From positions 268,299 through 332,298 of the forward strand of contig CAKOSX010000001.1 of assembly GCA_934119935.1 (NCBI GenBank): 64,000 nucleotides of DNA, written 5' to 3'. Of this stretch, positions 18,349-28,956 are shown piece by piece. The DNA comes from an uncultured Clostridia bacterium. GTDB taxonomy: Bacteria > Bacillota > Clostridia > TANB77 > CAG-508. The position numbers and the translations under genes are program-made. The stretch's first letter is position 1; the number at the start of each line of letters is the position of its first letter. The notes under the pieces were generated by a model. That model was not told the origin of the DNA. It saw nothing but the letters and a program-made list of their open reading frames with translations, and made no database searches.

Positions 18349-19752
18349 ATGGAAATGCAAGAAAAGATTAGTGAGCAAACAAAATATATAGAAAAGGTAC
18401 GAAAATTAAACGAAGGAAAAAATCTAAAATACATAGTTTTAACAATGGGATGCCAGCTAAATGAAAACGATTCAGAGAAGATTTCTGGAATGCTTGAAGA
18501 GATGGGATATTCTAAGACAGATAAGATTGAAGATGCAAATGTTGTTGCTTTTAATACTTGTTGTGTTAGAGAAAATGCAGAAGATAGATTGTTTGGGAAA
18601 TTAGGAGAAGTTAAGAAATATAAAGAAACCAATGGCACTATTATTGCTATTGGTGGTTGTATGATGCAAGAAAAACACATTGTCGACAAATTGAAACATA
18701 GTTATCCATTTTTCGATATTGTATTTGGAACACATACTCTTTATAAGTTTCCAGAAGATATTTATAATGCTATTGTAAATGGTAAGAGAATTGAAGATAT
18801 AATAGATATAGACGGAGAGGTTATAGAAGGTCTTCCAATCAAGAGAGACGATAACATTAAGGCTTCTGTTGCAATTATGAATGGTTGTAACAATTTCTGT
18901 ACATATTGTATAGTTCCTTATGTTAGAGGAAGAGAAAGAAGCAGAAAAGCTGAAGATATTATTGCAGAGATTAAATGTTTGGCAAAAGAAGGTTACAAAG
19001 AAATTACTCTTTTAGGACAAAATGTTAATTCATATATGAGAGTCGAAAGAGAACAAAATCTTGCAACTGGGGAGATTGATTCTTTTGCAAAGCTGCTTAG
19101 AGAAGTAAATAAAATAGATGGAATAGAAAGAATTAGATTTATTTCACCACATCCAAAGGACTTTACAGATGATGTAATAGAAGCAATACGTGATTGTGAA
19201 AAGGTATGCAAAATAATACATTTACCATTACAATCTGGAAGTACAGAAATATTAAAAAGAATGAACAGAAAATATACTAAGGAACAATATTTAGCTTTAG
19301 TAGACAAGATGAAAGCTAAAATTCCAGGAATAGTACTTTCAACAGATATTATAGTAGGATTCCCAGGTGAAACGGAAGAGGATTTTGAAGATACTCTTGA
19401 TGTTGTAAGCAAGGTTCATTTCGAACAAGTTTATATGTTCATCTATTCTAGAAGAGTTGGAACACCAGCAGACAAGATGGAAAATCAAGTTCCAGATGAA
19501 GTTAAACATGAAAGATTTGATAGATTAAAGAAACTTGCAGAGAGCCAGATTGCAGGAAACAATCAAAAATATGTAAATACAATTCAAAAGGTTTTGGTTG
19601 AGGGAAAAAGCAAAACAAATGAAAATATGCTTACAGGCAGAACTGATACAAATAAAGTAGTAAATTTTGAAGGAACAGAGGATATGATCGGAAAAATAGT
19701 AAATTTGAAGATTGTATCTGAACATATGTGGTATTTAAAAGGAGAAGTATAG
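18349..19752 (+). CDS. miaB: tRNA-2-methylthio-N6-dimethylallyladenosine synthase (radical SAM methylthiotransferase); alternative start at 18355
   Basis: MTTase N-terminal Cys triad (GCQLN…NTCCVRE), radical SAM motif CNNFCTYC, TRAM C-terminus; classical miaB-mutS synteny. Confidence 0.9.
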   Translation: MEMQEKISEQTKYIEKVRKLNEGKNLKYIVLTMGCQLNENDSEKISGMLEEMGYSKTDKIEDANVVAFNTCCVRENAEDRLFGKLGEVKKYKETNGTIIAIGGCMMQEKHIVDKLKHSYPFFDIVFGTHTLYKFPEDIYNAIVNGKRIEDIIDIDGEVIEGLPIKRDDNIKASVAIMNGCNNFCTYCIVPYVRGRERSRKAEDIIAEIKCLAKEGYKEITLLGQNVNSYMRVEREQNLATGEIDSFAKLLREVNKIDGIERIRFISPHPKDFTDDVIEAIRDCEKVCKIIHLPLQSGSTEILKRMNRKYTKEQYLALVDKMKAKIPGIVLSTDIIVGFPGETEEDFEDTLDVVSKVHFEQVYMFIYSRRVGTPADKMENQVPDEVKHERFDRLKKLAESQIAGNNQKYVNTIQKVLVEGKSKTNENMLTGRTDTNKVVNFEGTEDMIGKIVNLKIVSEHMWYLKGEV

Positions 19753-19893
19753 TTGAAAAAGAATTAAATTTTTGCAAGGAAAATGAGTTTACAAGGCAAG
19801 GGCGCATACGTGGTGTATGTAACCGCGTTGGAAATGAAATTTGACGAAGCAAAAATTGTAATTATTTTTTAACAATGAAAGGAAGAAAAATAA

Positions 19894-22509
19894 ATGGCAG
19901 AATACTCACCAATGATGCAACACTATCTTGCTACAAAAGAAAAATATAAAGATTGTATATTATTTTATAGATTAGGAGACTTTTATGAGATGTTCTTCGA
20001 TGATGCGATTAACGTATCTAGAGAGCTTGAACTTACACTAACAGGAAAAGACTGTGGACAAGAGGAAAGGGCTCCGATGTGTGGGATTCCATACCATGCA
20101 GCAGAATCATATATTGCAAAATTAGTTCAAAACGGACATAAAGTAGCAATTTGTGAACAGTTAGAAGATCCAAAGCTTGCAAAAGGAATTGTTAAAAGAG
20201 ATGTTATAAGAGTTGTAACACCAGGAACTGTAACAGAATCTAATTTACTAGAAGAAAAAAGAAACAATTTCATAATGAGCATTTTCAAAAAGGGAATATT
20301 TTTCGGAATAGCAGTTTGTGATATATCAACAGGAGACTTCTATTCGGCAGAAATAAAGGAAGAAAATAATTTTGAGAGATTGCTAGACGAAATTTCAAGA
20401 TATTCTCCATCTGAAATAATTGCAAACGAGATGTTGTACGATTGTGGTGAAGAAATAAGCAAAATAAAAGAACGTTTTGATGTATATATTTCTACCGAAG
20501 ATGAGGAAAAGTTCAGCGAAGAAACAGAAGAAATATATATGCAATATGCACTTAGTGATGATAAAGGAAACATCATAAAAGACTTAGAAAAAAGACCATT
20601 TGCAGTTGCTGCAATAAATGGACTTATAAAATATATTGAAGATACACAAAAAACAAAATTAGAACACATAAACAAGATTACAATTTACACAATTACAAAA
20701 TATATGTCTTTAGATATAAATGCGAGAAGAAACCTAGAACTTACAGAAAAAATGAGGGATAAGTCTAAAAAAGGAACTCTTCTTTGGGTATTGGATAAGA
20801 CAGCAACTTCAATGGGAGGCAGACTTTTAAGAAGATGGATTTCTGATCCGTTGATAGATGTAAAAGAAATAAATAACAGGCTAGAAGCGGTAAAAGAATT
20901 TAAAGATGACATTATATTAAGAGGAGAACTTTCATCAAGCTTAAAAGGTGTATATGATATAGAAAGATTAGCCGGAAAAATATCTTATGGAAGTGCTAAT
21001 GCAAGAGACTTAAATTCTTTAAAATCATCTGCAAGCAAGTTACCAGAAATAAAGAATATGCTTGCAAATGCTAAGTCTGGAATGCTTAGAAAAATATACG
21101 AAGACCTAGACACATTAGATGATATCTTTCAATTAATAGATAAGGCAATAGTAGATGAACCACCAATACTGATAACAGAAGGTGGAATCATAAAAATGGG
21201 ATACAGCCCAGAAATTGATGAATTAAAAACTGCTATGATAGACGGCAAAACTTGGCTCGTACAATTAGAAGCAAGAGAAAGAGAAGAGACGGGAATAAAA
21301 GGCTTAAAGGTAGGCTATAACAAGGTATTTGGTTATTACTTAGAAGTAACAAAATCATATCTATCACAAGTTCCAGACAGATATATAAGAAAACAGACAC
21401 TAACAGGTGGAGAAAGATACATTACAGAAGAGCTAAAAGAGCTTGAAAGCAAAGTGTTAGGAGCAGAAGAAAAAGTTGTAGCACTAGAATACAAAGCTTT
21501 TTCAGAAATAAGAGAACACATAAAATCTCAAATACAAAGACTACAAAAGTCTGCAATGGCAGTATCACAATTAGATGTTTTATGCTCATTTGCTCAAGTA
21601 GCAGAAGATTTTAATTACTGTATGCCAGAAGTAGATGATAGTGGAATTATAGACATTAAAGATGGAAGACACCCGGTAATAGAAAAAATGTTACCAAGTG
21701 GAGCATTTGTTGCAAATGATACATATCTTGATAAAGATTCAAACAGAGTCTCGATAATAACAGGACCAAACATGGCAGGAAAATCAACATATATGAGACA
21801 AGTCGCATTAATTACATTAATGGCTCAAATTGGCTCATTTGTACCAGCAACATCGGCACACATCGGAGTAGTCGATAAAATATTTACAAGAGTTGGCGCA
21901 TCAGATGATTTAAGCATGGGACAGAGTACCTTCATGGTAGAAATGATGGAAGTTGCAAATATTCTAAAGGAAGCAACGGCAAACAGCTTGGTTGTACTAG
22001 ATGAAATAGGAAGAGGAACATCAACATATGATGGACTTTCGATAGCTTGGGCAGTTGCAGAATACATAGAAAACAAGGAAAAATGTGGAGCAAAAACACT
22101 ATTTGCAACACATTATCATGAATTAACACAATTAGAAGATACACTAGAAGGTGTAAAAAACTATTCGATTGCTGTAAAGGAAAAAGGAGAGGACATAATC
22201 TTCCTGAGAAAAATAATTCCTGGAGGGACAGACGAAAGCTATGGCGTACACGTTGCACGTTTGGCAGGAGTTCCAAAGGCAGTAACTCAAAGAGCAAACG
22301 AGATATTAAAGAAAATAGAAAGAAAAAATGTGCTTGTAAACAAGGCGCAAGAAAAAGAAGATAAAAAGCAAGTATCAGGGCAATTAGACTTATACAATTT
22401 CAAACTTGCAGAAATAGCACACGAACTAGACAAAGTAAATGTAAATGAACTAACTCCTATAGAGGCTTTAAATACACTTGTTAAGATAAAAGAAGAAATT
22501 AAGGGGTAA
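19894..22509 (+). CDS. mutS: DNA mismatch repair protein MutS
   Basis: N-terminal mismatch-binding GDFYE motif, Walker A GPNMAGKST, DE motif; full length 871 aa. Confidence 0.95.
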   Translation: MAEYSPMMQHYLATKEKYKDCILFYRLGDFYEMFFDDAINVSRELELTLTGKDCGQEERAPMCGIPYHAAESYIAKLVQNGHKVAICEQLEDPKLAKGIVKRDVIRVVTPGTVTESNLLEEKRNNFIMSIFKKGIFFGIAVCDISTGDFYSAEIKEENNFERLLDEISRYSPSEIIANEMLYDCGEEISKIKERFDVYISTEDEEKFSEETEEIYMQYALSDDKGNIIKDLEKRPFAVAAINGLIKYIEDTQKTKLEHINKITIYTITKYMSLDINARRNLELTEKMRDKSKKGTLLWVLDKTATSMGGRLLRRWISDPLIDVKEINNRLEAVKEFKDDIILRGELSSSLKGVYDIERLAGKISYGSANARDLNSLKSSASKLPEIKNMLANAKSGMLRKIYEDLDTLDDIFQLIDKAIVDEPPILITEGGIIKMGYSPEIDELKTAMIDGKTWLVQLEAREREETGIKGLKVGYNKVFGYYLEVTKSYLSQVPDRYIRKQTLTGGERYITEELKELESKVLGAEEKVVALEYKAFSEIREHIKSQIQRLQKSAMAVSQLDVLCSFAQVAEDFNYCMPEVDDSGIIDIKDGRHPVIEKMLPSGAFVANDTYLDKDSNRVSIITGPNMAGKSTYMRQVALITLMAQIGSFVPATSAHIGVVDKIFTRVGASDDLSMGQSTFMVEMMEVANILKEATANSLVVLDEIGRGTSTYDGLSIAWAVAEYIENKEKCGAKTLFATHYHELTQLEDTLEGVKNYSIAVKEKGEDIIFLRKIIPGGTDESYGVHVARLAGVPKAVTQRANEILKKIERKNVLVNKAQEKEDKKQVSGQLDLYNFKLAEIAHELDKVNVNELTPIEALNTLVKIKEEIKG

Positions 22510-22512
22510 CCA

Positions 22513-23769
22513 ATGAATAATAAAATTTTGAATAAATTAAATACAATAGTGGCTAAAGGCTATAAATTTTTTATAGCCCTAGTTGCTATTGTTTTTATTA
22601 TGCTTGTAATAATGTTAGGTTACATAGTTAATAAAAAATATACAGTAGCCATTATGACTGTTGCAAAACCTGAAAATAGAAAATCTACACTAATAATGAA
22701 GCAAGAAGAAGGAAATGTACAAAAATTAAAAGAAATTATAGAAAAAAATACAAGTGATATAGTAAAAGAAGAAATTTATGTTGAGGAGGCGGACCTAGAA
22801 TTTACTACAAGGTATGAGAAAAGCGATAAAATTGCTACTGGTACAATTCAGGTTGTTCAAGATGGAATTGATGGAAAGCAAAAAATTACCAAAAAGAAAA
22901 AATACATTAATGATGAACTAATAAGTGATGAGGTTGTTGGAAGTCAAATAGTAAAATCTTCTGTAGATAAGATTGTAAAAATAGGAACAGGACCAAGCTA
23001 TCTAAAATACCAGGTGTCAAAAAATGACACGATGTATGTAACCTCGAATACATTGGCACTAAGGCAAGAAGCAAATAACGATGCTCAAAAAATAATTACT
23101 ATAAATGAAAATGATGAAATAAAGGTGTTACAAATAGCAGACGATTGGTACCTAGTTCAATATGGAACCTATTCAGGATGGGCAAAAGCAGATTGTCTAA
23201 CAAAAAATGATCCGAATAAAAACATTTCTAATAACAATGAGGGTGGTAATTATTCAAAATCTCAGTTATTGCAGAATCTAAGTTTTGGTATGAGCTTAAA
23301 CAAAAAGAGTGGTCTATCATTAGCACAATTTGAAAAAATATTCGAGAATAACGAAAATGATAAGAAAGGTGTAATGAAAGAAAATGCAAAATATTTTTAT
23401 TATGCTGAACAACAGTATAATGTAAATGGAGTATTTCTTGCATCTGTTGCAATACACGAAAGCAACTGGGGAACATCTGCAATGGCTCAAAATAAGAAGA
23501 ATTTATTTGGATATGGAGCATATGATAGGGATCCATCTGGAAATGCATATTCTTTTGCATCTTATTCAGAAGGGATTGATCTACTTGCTAGAGTATTTGT
23601 TAAATATTATTTGAATCCTAAAGGAACCACTATTTATAACGGGGAGACTGCAACAGGAAGCCATTACAATGGAAATACATTGACGGCTGTAAACACAAAA
23701 TATGCAACTGACAAAAATTGGGCAAATTCTGTTTATAAATGGATGAAATATTTATATAATAAAATTTAA
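22513..23769 (+). CDS. Membrane-anchored cell-wall hydrolase: bacterial SH3 domain plus mannosyl-glycoprotein endo-beta-N-acetylglucosaminidase domain
   Basis: N-terminal TM; SH3-like segment (…DDWYLVQYGTYSGWAKADCL); glucosaminidase motif VFLASVAIHESNWGTS. Confidence 0.6.
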   Translation: MNNKILNKLNTIVAKGYKFFIALVAIVFIMLVIMLGYIVNKKYTVAIMTVAKPENRKSTLIMKQEEGNVQKLKEIIEKNTSDIVKEEIYVEEADLEFTTRYEKSDKIATGTIQVVQDGIDGKQKITKKKKYINDELISDEVVGSQIVKSSVDKIVKIGTGPSYLKYQVSKNDTMYVTSNTLALRQEANNDAQKIITINENDEIKVLQIADDWYLVQYGTYSGWAKADCLTKNDPNKNISNNNEGGNYSKSQLLQNLSFGMSLNKKSGLSLAQFEKIFENNENDKKGVMKENAKYFYYAEQQYNVNGVFLASVAIHESNWGTSAMAQNKKNLFGYGAYDRDPSGNAYSFASYSEGIDLLARVFVKYYLNPKGTTIYNGETATGSHYNGNTLTAVNTKYATDKNWANSVYKWMKYLYNKI

Positions 23770-23891
23770 AATAAAATGAAAAATAGTAAGAAAATTTCTT
23801 GCTATTTTTTTCATTCTAGTGTAAAATGTTATATGTATAATATTTATATGAAAAATAAGAGAAAATTAAATAAAGAGAGAGGGATAATTAT

Positions 23892-24293
23892 ATGAAAAAA
23901 ATACTAGCAATCATATCTATCTTGTTTTTCTTAATGGGGTGTACATCTGTGTATGCTGAAAGCCAATTGAACACAGTTCCACAGGATGCAACAGGAAAAT
24001 TAATAGAGATAAAAGACAAAGAATTGAAAACAATGGAAGAGTATAAAGAAGCCTATGGCTCAGATGCATATGGTATTACAGCATATTTATTAAATAAAGT
24101 TAGAATTTATAGTATACCTTTTGGATTTGTATCAATTATAATAGCAGCAATATATCAATACATAATAGGATTAAAAAAATTGGACGTAAGAGACAAAGGT
24201 TTTGCATTGATGATTGCAAGTGTTACTATAGTAGTAATATGTCAAGTATTGCCACTTGTTTTTGCAATTGTAGTAAAAGGTTGGAGGGGTTAA
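23892..24293 (+). CDS. Small lipoprotein with two C-terminal hydrophobic helices
   Basis: Lipobox LMGC after a signal peptide; topology resembles the small proteins at 15556 and 17855. Confidence 0.5.
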   Translation: MKKILAIISILFFLMGCTSVYAESQLNTVPQDATGKLIEIKDKELKTMEEYKEAYGSDAYGITAYLLNKVRIYSIPFGFVSIIIAAIYQYIIGLKKLDVRDKGFALMIASVTIVVICQVLPLVFAIVVKGWRG

Positions 24294-24297
24294 ACTA

Positions 24298-27039
24298 ATG
24301 AAGGTTTTATTCGCAGTAAATAATGAAAAGATTTCAGAGGCTATAATAAAAAAGTACCAAACAATGTACAAGGAAATAATTTCATGGAAAAACGTCTATT
24401 TTTTCAATGCGATAATAAAAGAGTTACAAAAAGATAAATCTTATGACAGAATTGTTATAGGCGAAGATTTGGAACCTTATGCAAACAATAATTACGAAGT
24501 TATAGATAATTTATTGTTTGATAAGTTAGACAGCATAAGTGATGAGGCTTCTAACAGTAGAGATGGAGATATTCCAATAATATTAATAGCAACAGATAGA
24601 AGAGAAAGGGGAAATTCTCTTCTTGTAAAGTTATTTGGAATTGGAATTTATAATGTATTACTTGGACAAGATAGAAAAATTGATAATGTTTGTCAATTAA
24701 TCTATCAACCTCGTACGAAAAAAGAGGCAAAAGCTTATTACAGAATTGATTCTGATGATGTAAACTATCAGGAAATTGATCCTGAGAGTGTAAGTGAAGT
24801 GGAAATCCAAAACATACTAACTCATTATAAAAAATTAGGAAAGAATGAAGATAGATATGTTGAAAGCTTTGAAGAAATTGCCACACAGTATACTGATGCT
24901 CAATTAAAGCTTATTACCAGAGCTCTGCCTTTAAATGTAAGAGCTGTTTTAGAGGAAAAATGCCCAAAATATCAACAAGTAATGATTGGTAGTGTGAAAA
25001 ATCAGGTGGCAGCACAGAAAAAATCTGCTAAGCAATTTACGAGCAAAAATATACAGAGTAAAAATATTAACAAAATTGAGTTGATTGATAGAGAATTACA
25101 AAAATCAAAATTAACGAAGCCAGTTGTTATTCCTTCAACAATCAATATGCAAAATGTAAAAAAAGCATATACAATGCCTAGAAGTGAAGAACAAGATATT
25201 CTGCAAAATATTCAACCAAATACAATGCAGACTCCACCAGAAAGAATGATACCAGATTTTTCTCAGGATATTATTCAAAATGATCAAACCAGTATTCAAC
25301 CAAACATTCAGCAAAATATTCAGCCAAGCTTTCAACCTGATTTTTCAAACAATTTCGTACAAAATAATAATGCTTCGAATTTTGAAAATAACGCTCCATT
25401 CTTGCCAAATGTGGAACCTGAAAAAGATGAAATACAAGAACAGAATGCTGAACCAGTAAAGAAGGGCAGAGGTAGACCTAAAAAAGAAAAAACGCCAGAA
25501 GAAATTGCCGCTGAGGAGGCAAAAGAGAAAAAGGGCAGAGGCAGACCAAGAAAAAATGTTGAACAACCTTCAAATGAAAATACTAATGTTTCTCAGGATG
25601 TTAATTTATTTGAGATATATAACCAAAACAACGCAGAAAATAATGTAAACGATGTAAATAATGTAATATTGCCAGGTTTTGAAGAAGAGACAAAAGATGC
25701 TAATGGTACAGAAAATCAGAATTTACAATTCAACTCAGTAGCACAAGAGGATGACACAAACGTTGATTTCTTTGGCAATAAATTAAATCGTGATTTTAAT
25801 CCAGATTTTTTCGGAAATGAAGCACAGGTTGATAGGCTCCCAGGTACAGAAAAACAAAAAAAGGAAGAACCAAAAAAGATTGAACCGATTGTACCTAATA
25901 AAGAAGTTCCAAAAGTTGTAGAAAATATAAAAAATGATAATATAAAAATTGAAGAAAAACCAGTCGAAATAAAGAATAATGATGTTAAAGAAAATATAAA
26001 TGCAAATCAAAATATTATTCCAAATATTGAAGATGTTAGTATCAGTATGCCTGGTTTTGAAGATGTAAATAACGGACAAAACAATAATCAAATAGAACCA
26101 GTAAGAGAAAATGTAAATTACGGAAATTCAGAATTATCAAATTTAATAACAGGTGATAAGAAGATTGTGGCATTTGTTGGAACATCTAAAAATGGAACAT
26201 CTTTCTTAGTAAATAACTTGGCAGCGCAAATGTCTAACAAGGGAATAAAAACTGCAATTTTGGATCTTACTAAAAATAAAAATGCATATTATATATATAC
26301 TTTAAATGAAGATTCACTAAGAGAAAAGGCATTTAATTGCATAGAAAAGCTAAGAAGAGGTGTCGCAGACGGAATTCAAGTAAATAAGAATTTATCTGTT
26401 TATACAACATTACCTGGAGAAAATTTGAGTTTAGATGATTATAAAAATGTATTAGAAACACTTGTAAGAAATTATTCATTAGTATTATTAGATTGTGATT
26501 TTGATACAGATTCAAACTACTTTGCTAGTGCACAAGAATTATATTTAGTACAAACATATGACATATTAACAATACAACCATTAACAGCATTTTTAAATGA
26601 ATTAAAGTATAAAAATATTTTAGATCAAAATAAGTTAAGAATTGTAATAAACAAAACATTGAAATTAAGAAAGCTTACAGATAAAATGATTATTGCCGGA
26701 ATTTCTTGTTACAATGATCCTGCATCAACATATATTAACACATTATTTGATAGAGATCATGTAAGATATACAACAATTCCATTTGAAGATCAAACTTATG
26801 CAAGGTACCTAGAAAGACTTGTAGACTGCGAGATATCATTAAATGGATACTCAAAGATGTTTTTGGATGCATTAGAAAGATTAGGAAATATGGTTTATCC
26901 ACTAATTGCAAATAATCCAAATAAGTATCAGCCAGGAAAGAAAAATTTTAATGACTATAGTAAAAATAACAAAAATGTAAATACAGCTTTTAATAGCAAC
27001 ATGAATGCTACTTTAAATAAAATGAGAAATAATTTTTAA
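24298..27039 (+). CDS. TadZ/CpaE-like protein: N-terminal receiver-like domain, Q/N/P-rich low-complexity linker with two AT-hook motifs (KKGRGRPKK, KKGRGRPRK), C-terminal ParA/MinD-fold with degenerate Walker A
   Basis: Domain order read from sequence; Walker-A-position sequence VAFVGTSKNGTSF lacks the GKT lysine; AT-hook GRGRP cores at aa about 385 and 410. Confidence 0.45.
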   Translation: MKVLFAVNNEKISEAIIKKYQTMYKEIISWKNVYFFNAIIKELQKDKSYDRIVIGEDLEPYANNNYEVIDNLLFDKLDSISDEASNSRDGDIPIILIATDRRERGNSLLVKLFGIGIYNVLLGQDRKIDNVCQLIYQPRTKKEAKAYYRIDSDDVNYQEIDPESVSEVEIQNILTHYKKLGKNEDRYVESFEEIATQYTDAQLKLITRALPLNVRAVLEEKCPKYQQVMIGSVKNQVAAQKKSAKQFTSKNIQSKNINKIELIDRELQKSKLTKPVVIPSTINMQNVKKAYTMPRSEEQDILQNIQPNTMQTPPERMIPDFSQDIIQNDQTSIQPNIQQNIQPSFQPDFSNNFVQNNNASNFENNAPFLPNVEPEKDEIQEQNAEPVKKGRGRPKKEKTPEEIAAEEAKEKKGRGRPRKNVEQPSNENTNVSQDVNLFEIYNQNNAENNVNDVNNVILPGFEEETKDANGTENQNLQFNSVAQEDDTNVDFFGNKLNRDFNPDFFGNEAQVDRLPGTEKQKKEEPKKIEPIVPNKEVPKVVENIKNDNIKIEEKPVEIKNNDVKENINANQNIIPNIEDVSISMPGFEDVNNGQNNNQIEPVRENVNYGNSELSNLITGDKKIVAFVGTSKNGTSFLVNNLAAQMSNKGIKTAILDLTKNKNAYYIYTLNEDSLREKAFNCIEKLRRGVADGIQVNKNLSVYTTLPGENLSLDDYKNVLETLVRNYSLVLLDCDFDTDSNYFASAQELYLVQTYDILTIQPLTAFLNELKYKNILDQNKLRIVINKTLKLRKLTDKMIIAGISCYNDPASTYINTLFDRDHVRYTTIPFEDQTYARYLERLVDCEISLNGYSKMFLDALERLGNMVYPLIANNPNKYQPGKKNFNDYSKNNKNVNTAFNSNMNATLNKMRNNF

Positions 27040-27067
27040 AATAACAAAATGAGGTGAGACTTTTTAA

Positions 27068-28159
27068 ATGATAACAGTAATAATAGTTATAGTGCTTTCA
27101 TCAATAATTATAGGATTAATGTTGTACAACATGTCGATTCATAAAAAAATAGAAGCATTTAAAAACATAAATCAGCAAATCACAAGCTTGAATGTATTAC
27201 AAGATTTCATGGATACAATAAGTGAGACATCAAGTGTAGATGAAAAGCTAAAAAGAATAAATGAAATATTAATTGAAAAGTATGGGATAAAGTATTCAAC
27301 TATTGTTGTATATACTGGAGCTGAATTTTCAATAAAAGCCTCAAATGTAGCAGAAAAACATTGGGATGTTTTAAAAAATTTACAATCAGAACCTGTTTTC
27401 AAAGACAGTATAGATACTGGAATTCCAAAATATATCACTGTTGAGAAAGAAGGAGAAAAATTACCATACCAAAAGATGGAATTTGGAAGAGCAAAGTCTG
27501 CAATGTTTTTCCCAATATATATTGATAATGTATACATTGGATATTGGATAATAGAGGGAAGCACACCACATGAATTTGATGATGTTGATACTACTATTCT
27601 AGAAGTTGTAAAAAATAACATAGTAGCTGTTCTTAAGACTGTTGAAAATCAATCAACTATAGAAAAAATTGTAAAAGACGATAAATATTCAGAATTAAAA
27701 ACTGCAGAGTATTTGTATACAGAAGGTAAAAAAGTTATAGATAGATATACGACATCAACAGTATGTTTATTTAAAATAATAAACCTTGTAGATATAAATG
27801 AAAAAATAAGCAGAAAAACAGGAGATAATACGATAACTCAAATCTGCAGAACAATAAAGCAAGACTTGGCACCTGAATATTTATTTGTAAGATATATGGG
27901 ACCAAAATTTGCAATTGTTTTTTCAGGGGTTGAATTACAAGCCGTTGAAGAATTTATGAAAGATGTAAAAGCAAAAGCAGAAGCTCTTAAAATAGAACCT
28001 GCAGAGGACTATAGTGGAGATTGCAAAGAGGTATCACCAAAATTAAATATTGCTCTAGCGAGGTATTATAAAGGTACTGCATTAATCGGAGTTACAAAAA
28101 AACTAGAAGAATACCTAGATACAACAGATCCTTTAGAGAGTAATATAAATTATTTATAG
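27068..28159 (+). CDS. Membrane-anchored protein with degenerate GGDEF-like domain (RYMGPKF in place of RYGGEEF), probably non-catalytic
   Basis: N-terminal TM; GGDEF-like fold signature with active-site substitutions. Confidence 0.4.
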   Translation: MITVIIVIVLSSIIIGLMLYNMSIHKKIEAFKNINQQITSLNVLQDFMDTISETSSVDEKLKRINEILIEKYGIKYSTIVVYTGAEFSIKASNVAEKHWDVLKNLQSEPVFKDSIDTGIPKYITVEKEGEKLPYQKMEFGRAKSAMFFPIYIDNVYIGYWIIEGSTPHEFDDVDTTILEVVKNNIVAVLKTVENQSTIEKIVKDDKYSELKTAEYLYTEGKKVIDRYTTSTVCLFKIINLVDINEKISRKTGDNTITQICRTIKQDLAPEYLFVRYMGPKFAIVFSGVELQAVEEFMKDVKAKAEALKIEPAEDYSGDCKEVSPKLNIALARYYKGTALIGVTKKLEEYLDTTDPLESNINYL

Positions 28160-28169
28160 GAGGTTTTAA

Positions 28170-28424
28170 ATGGTTACAGACGAAACTGTTAGTTTTAATG
28201 TTGAAAAAGAAAAAAATAAAAAAACAAAAGAGATTTTGAAGTCAGTATATGAAGCATTAACAGAGAAAGGATATAATCCTATTAATCAAATTGTTGGATA
28301 TATACTTTCAGGAGATCCTACTTATATAACAAGCCATAATAATGCAAGAAACTTAATAAGACAAGTTGAAAGAGACGAGCTTTTGGAAGAAATGGTTAAA
28401 ACATATATAGGATTGGACAAGTAG
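28170..28424 (+). CDS. ireB: IreB-family regulatory phosphoprotein (UPF0297)
   Basis: [48 protein letters not shown] matches the UPF0297/YrzL family; ireB-ruvX-DUF1292 synteny. Confidence 0.85.
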   Translation: MVTDETVSFNVEKEKNKKTKEILKSVYEALTEKGYNPINQIVGYILSGDPTYITSHNNARNLIRQVERDELLEEMVKTYIGLDK

Positions 28425-28425
28425 T

Positions 28426-28851
28426 ATGAGGGCGTTAGGAATTGATTATGGTGATGCGAGAGTTGGAATTGCTATTACAGATCCACTAGGCTATACTGCA
28501 CAAGGGCTCGAAACAATACATCACCAAGGAAATGACAAAATTGTTCTAAAGCGTTTAGAAGAAATAGTGAATCAGTATAATAATGAAATAGACACATTTG
28601 CAATTGGAATGCCAATAAATATGGATGGCACAAAAAGAGAAAGAGCAGAAGTTACAGAAAAATTCATTCACAAATTGCAATGTAAATTCAATAAAATAAA
28701 AATTGTTAGAATAGATGAAAGATTAACAACTGTAGAAGCACACAAAACTATGAATTTTTTAAATGTAAATAAACATAAAAAAAGAAATATTGTTGATACT
28801 ATTTCTGCAGTTTATATACTCGAATCTTATATGAAAATGTCTAAAAGTTAA
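28426..28851 (+). CDS. ruvX: Putative pre-16S rRNA nuclease / Holliday-junction resolvase-like YqgF
   Basis: MRALGIDYGDARVGIAITDPLGYTAQGLETI N-terminal RNase H-like motif. Confidence 0.85.
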   Translation: MRALGIDYGDARVGIAITDPLGYTAQGLETIHHQGNDKIVLKRLEEIVNQYNNEIDTFAIGMPINMDGTKRERAEVTEKFIHKLQCKFNKIKIVRIDERLTTVEAHKTMNFLNVNKHKKRNIVDTISAVYILESYMKMSKS

Positions 28852-28956
28852 TTGAATATAATTGACAAAAAGTAAAGATAATAGTATAAATAAGATGACT
28901 TTATTATTGTAGAAATACAAAATTAATAAATAAAAGCCTGAAAGGAGAAAGAAAAA

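Noticed and set aside
24298-27039. Interpreting the TadZ/CpaE-like gene as part of a tad/Flp pilus locus
   Set aside because: No TadA ATPase, TadB/C platform, prepilin peptidase or Flp pilin genes lie in the neighbourhood
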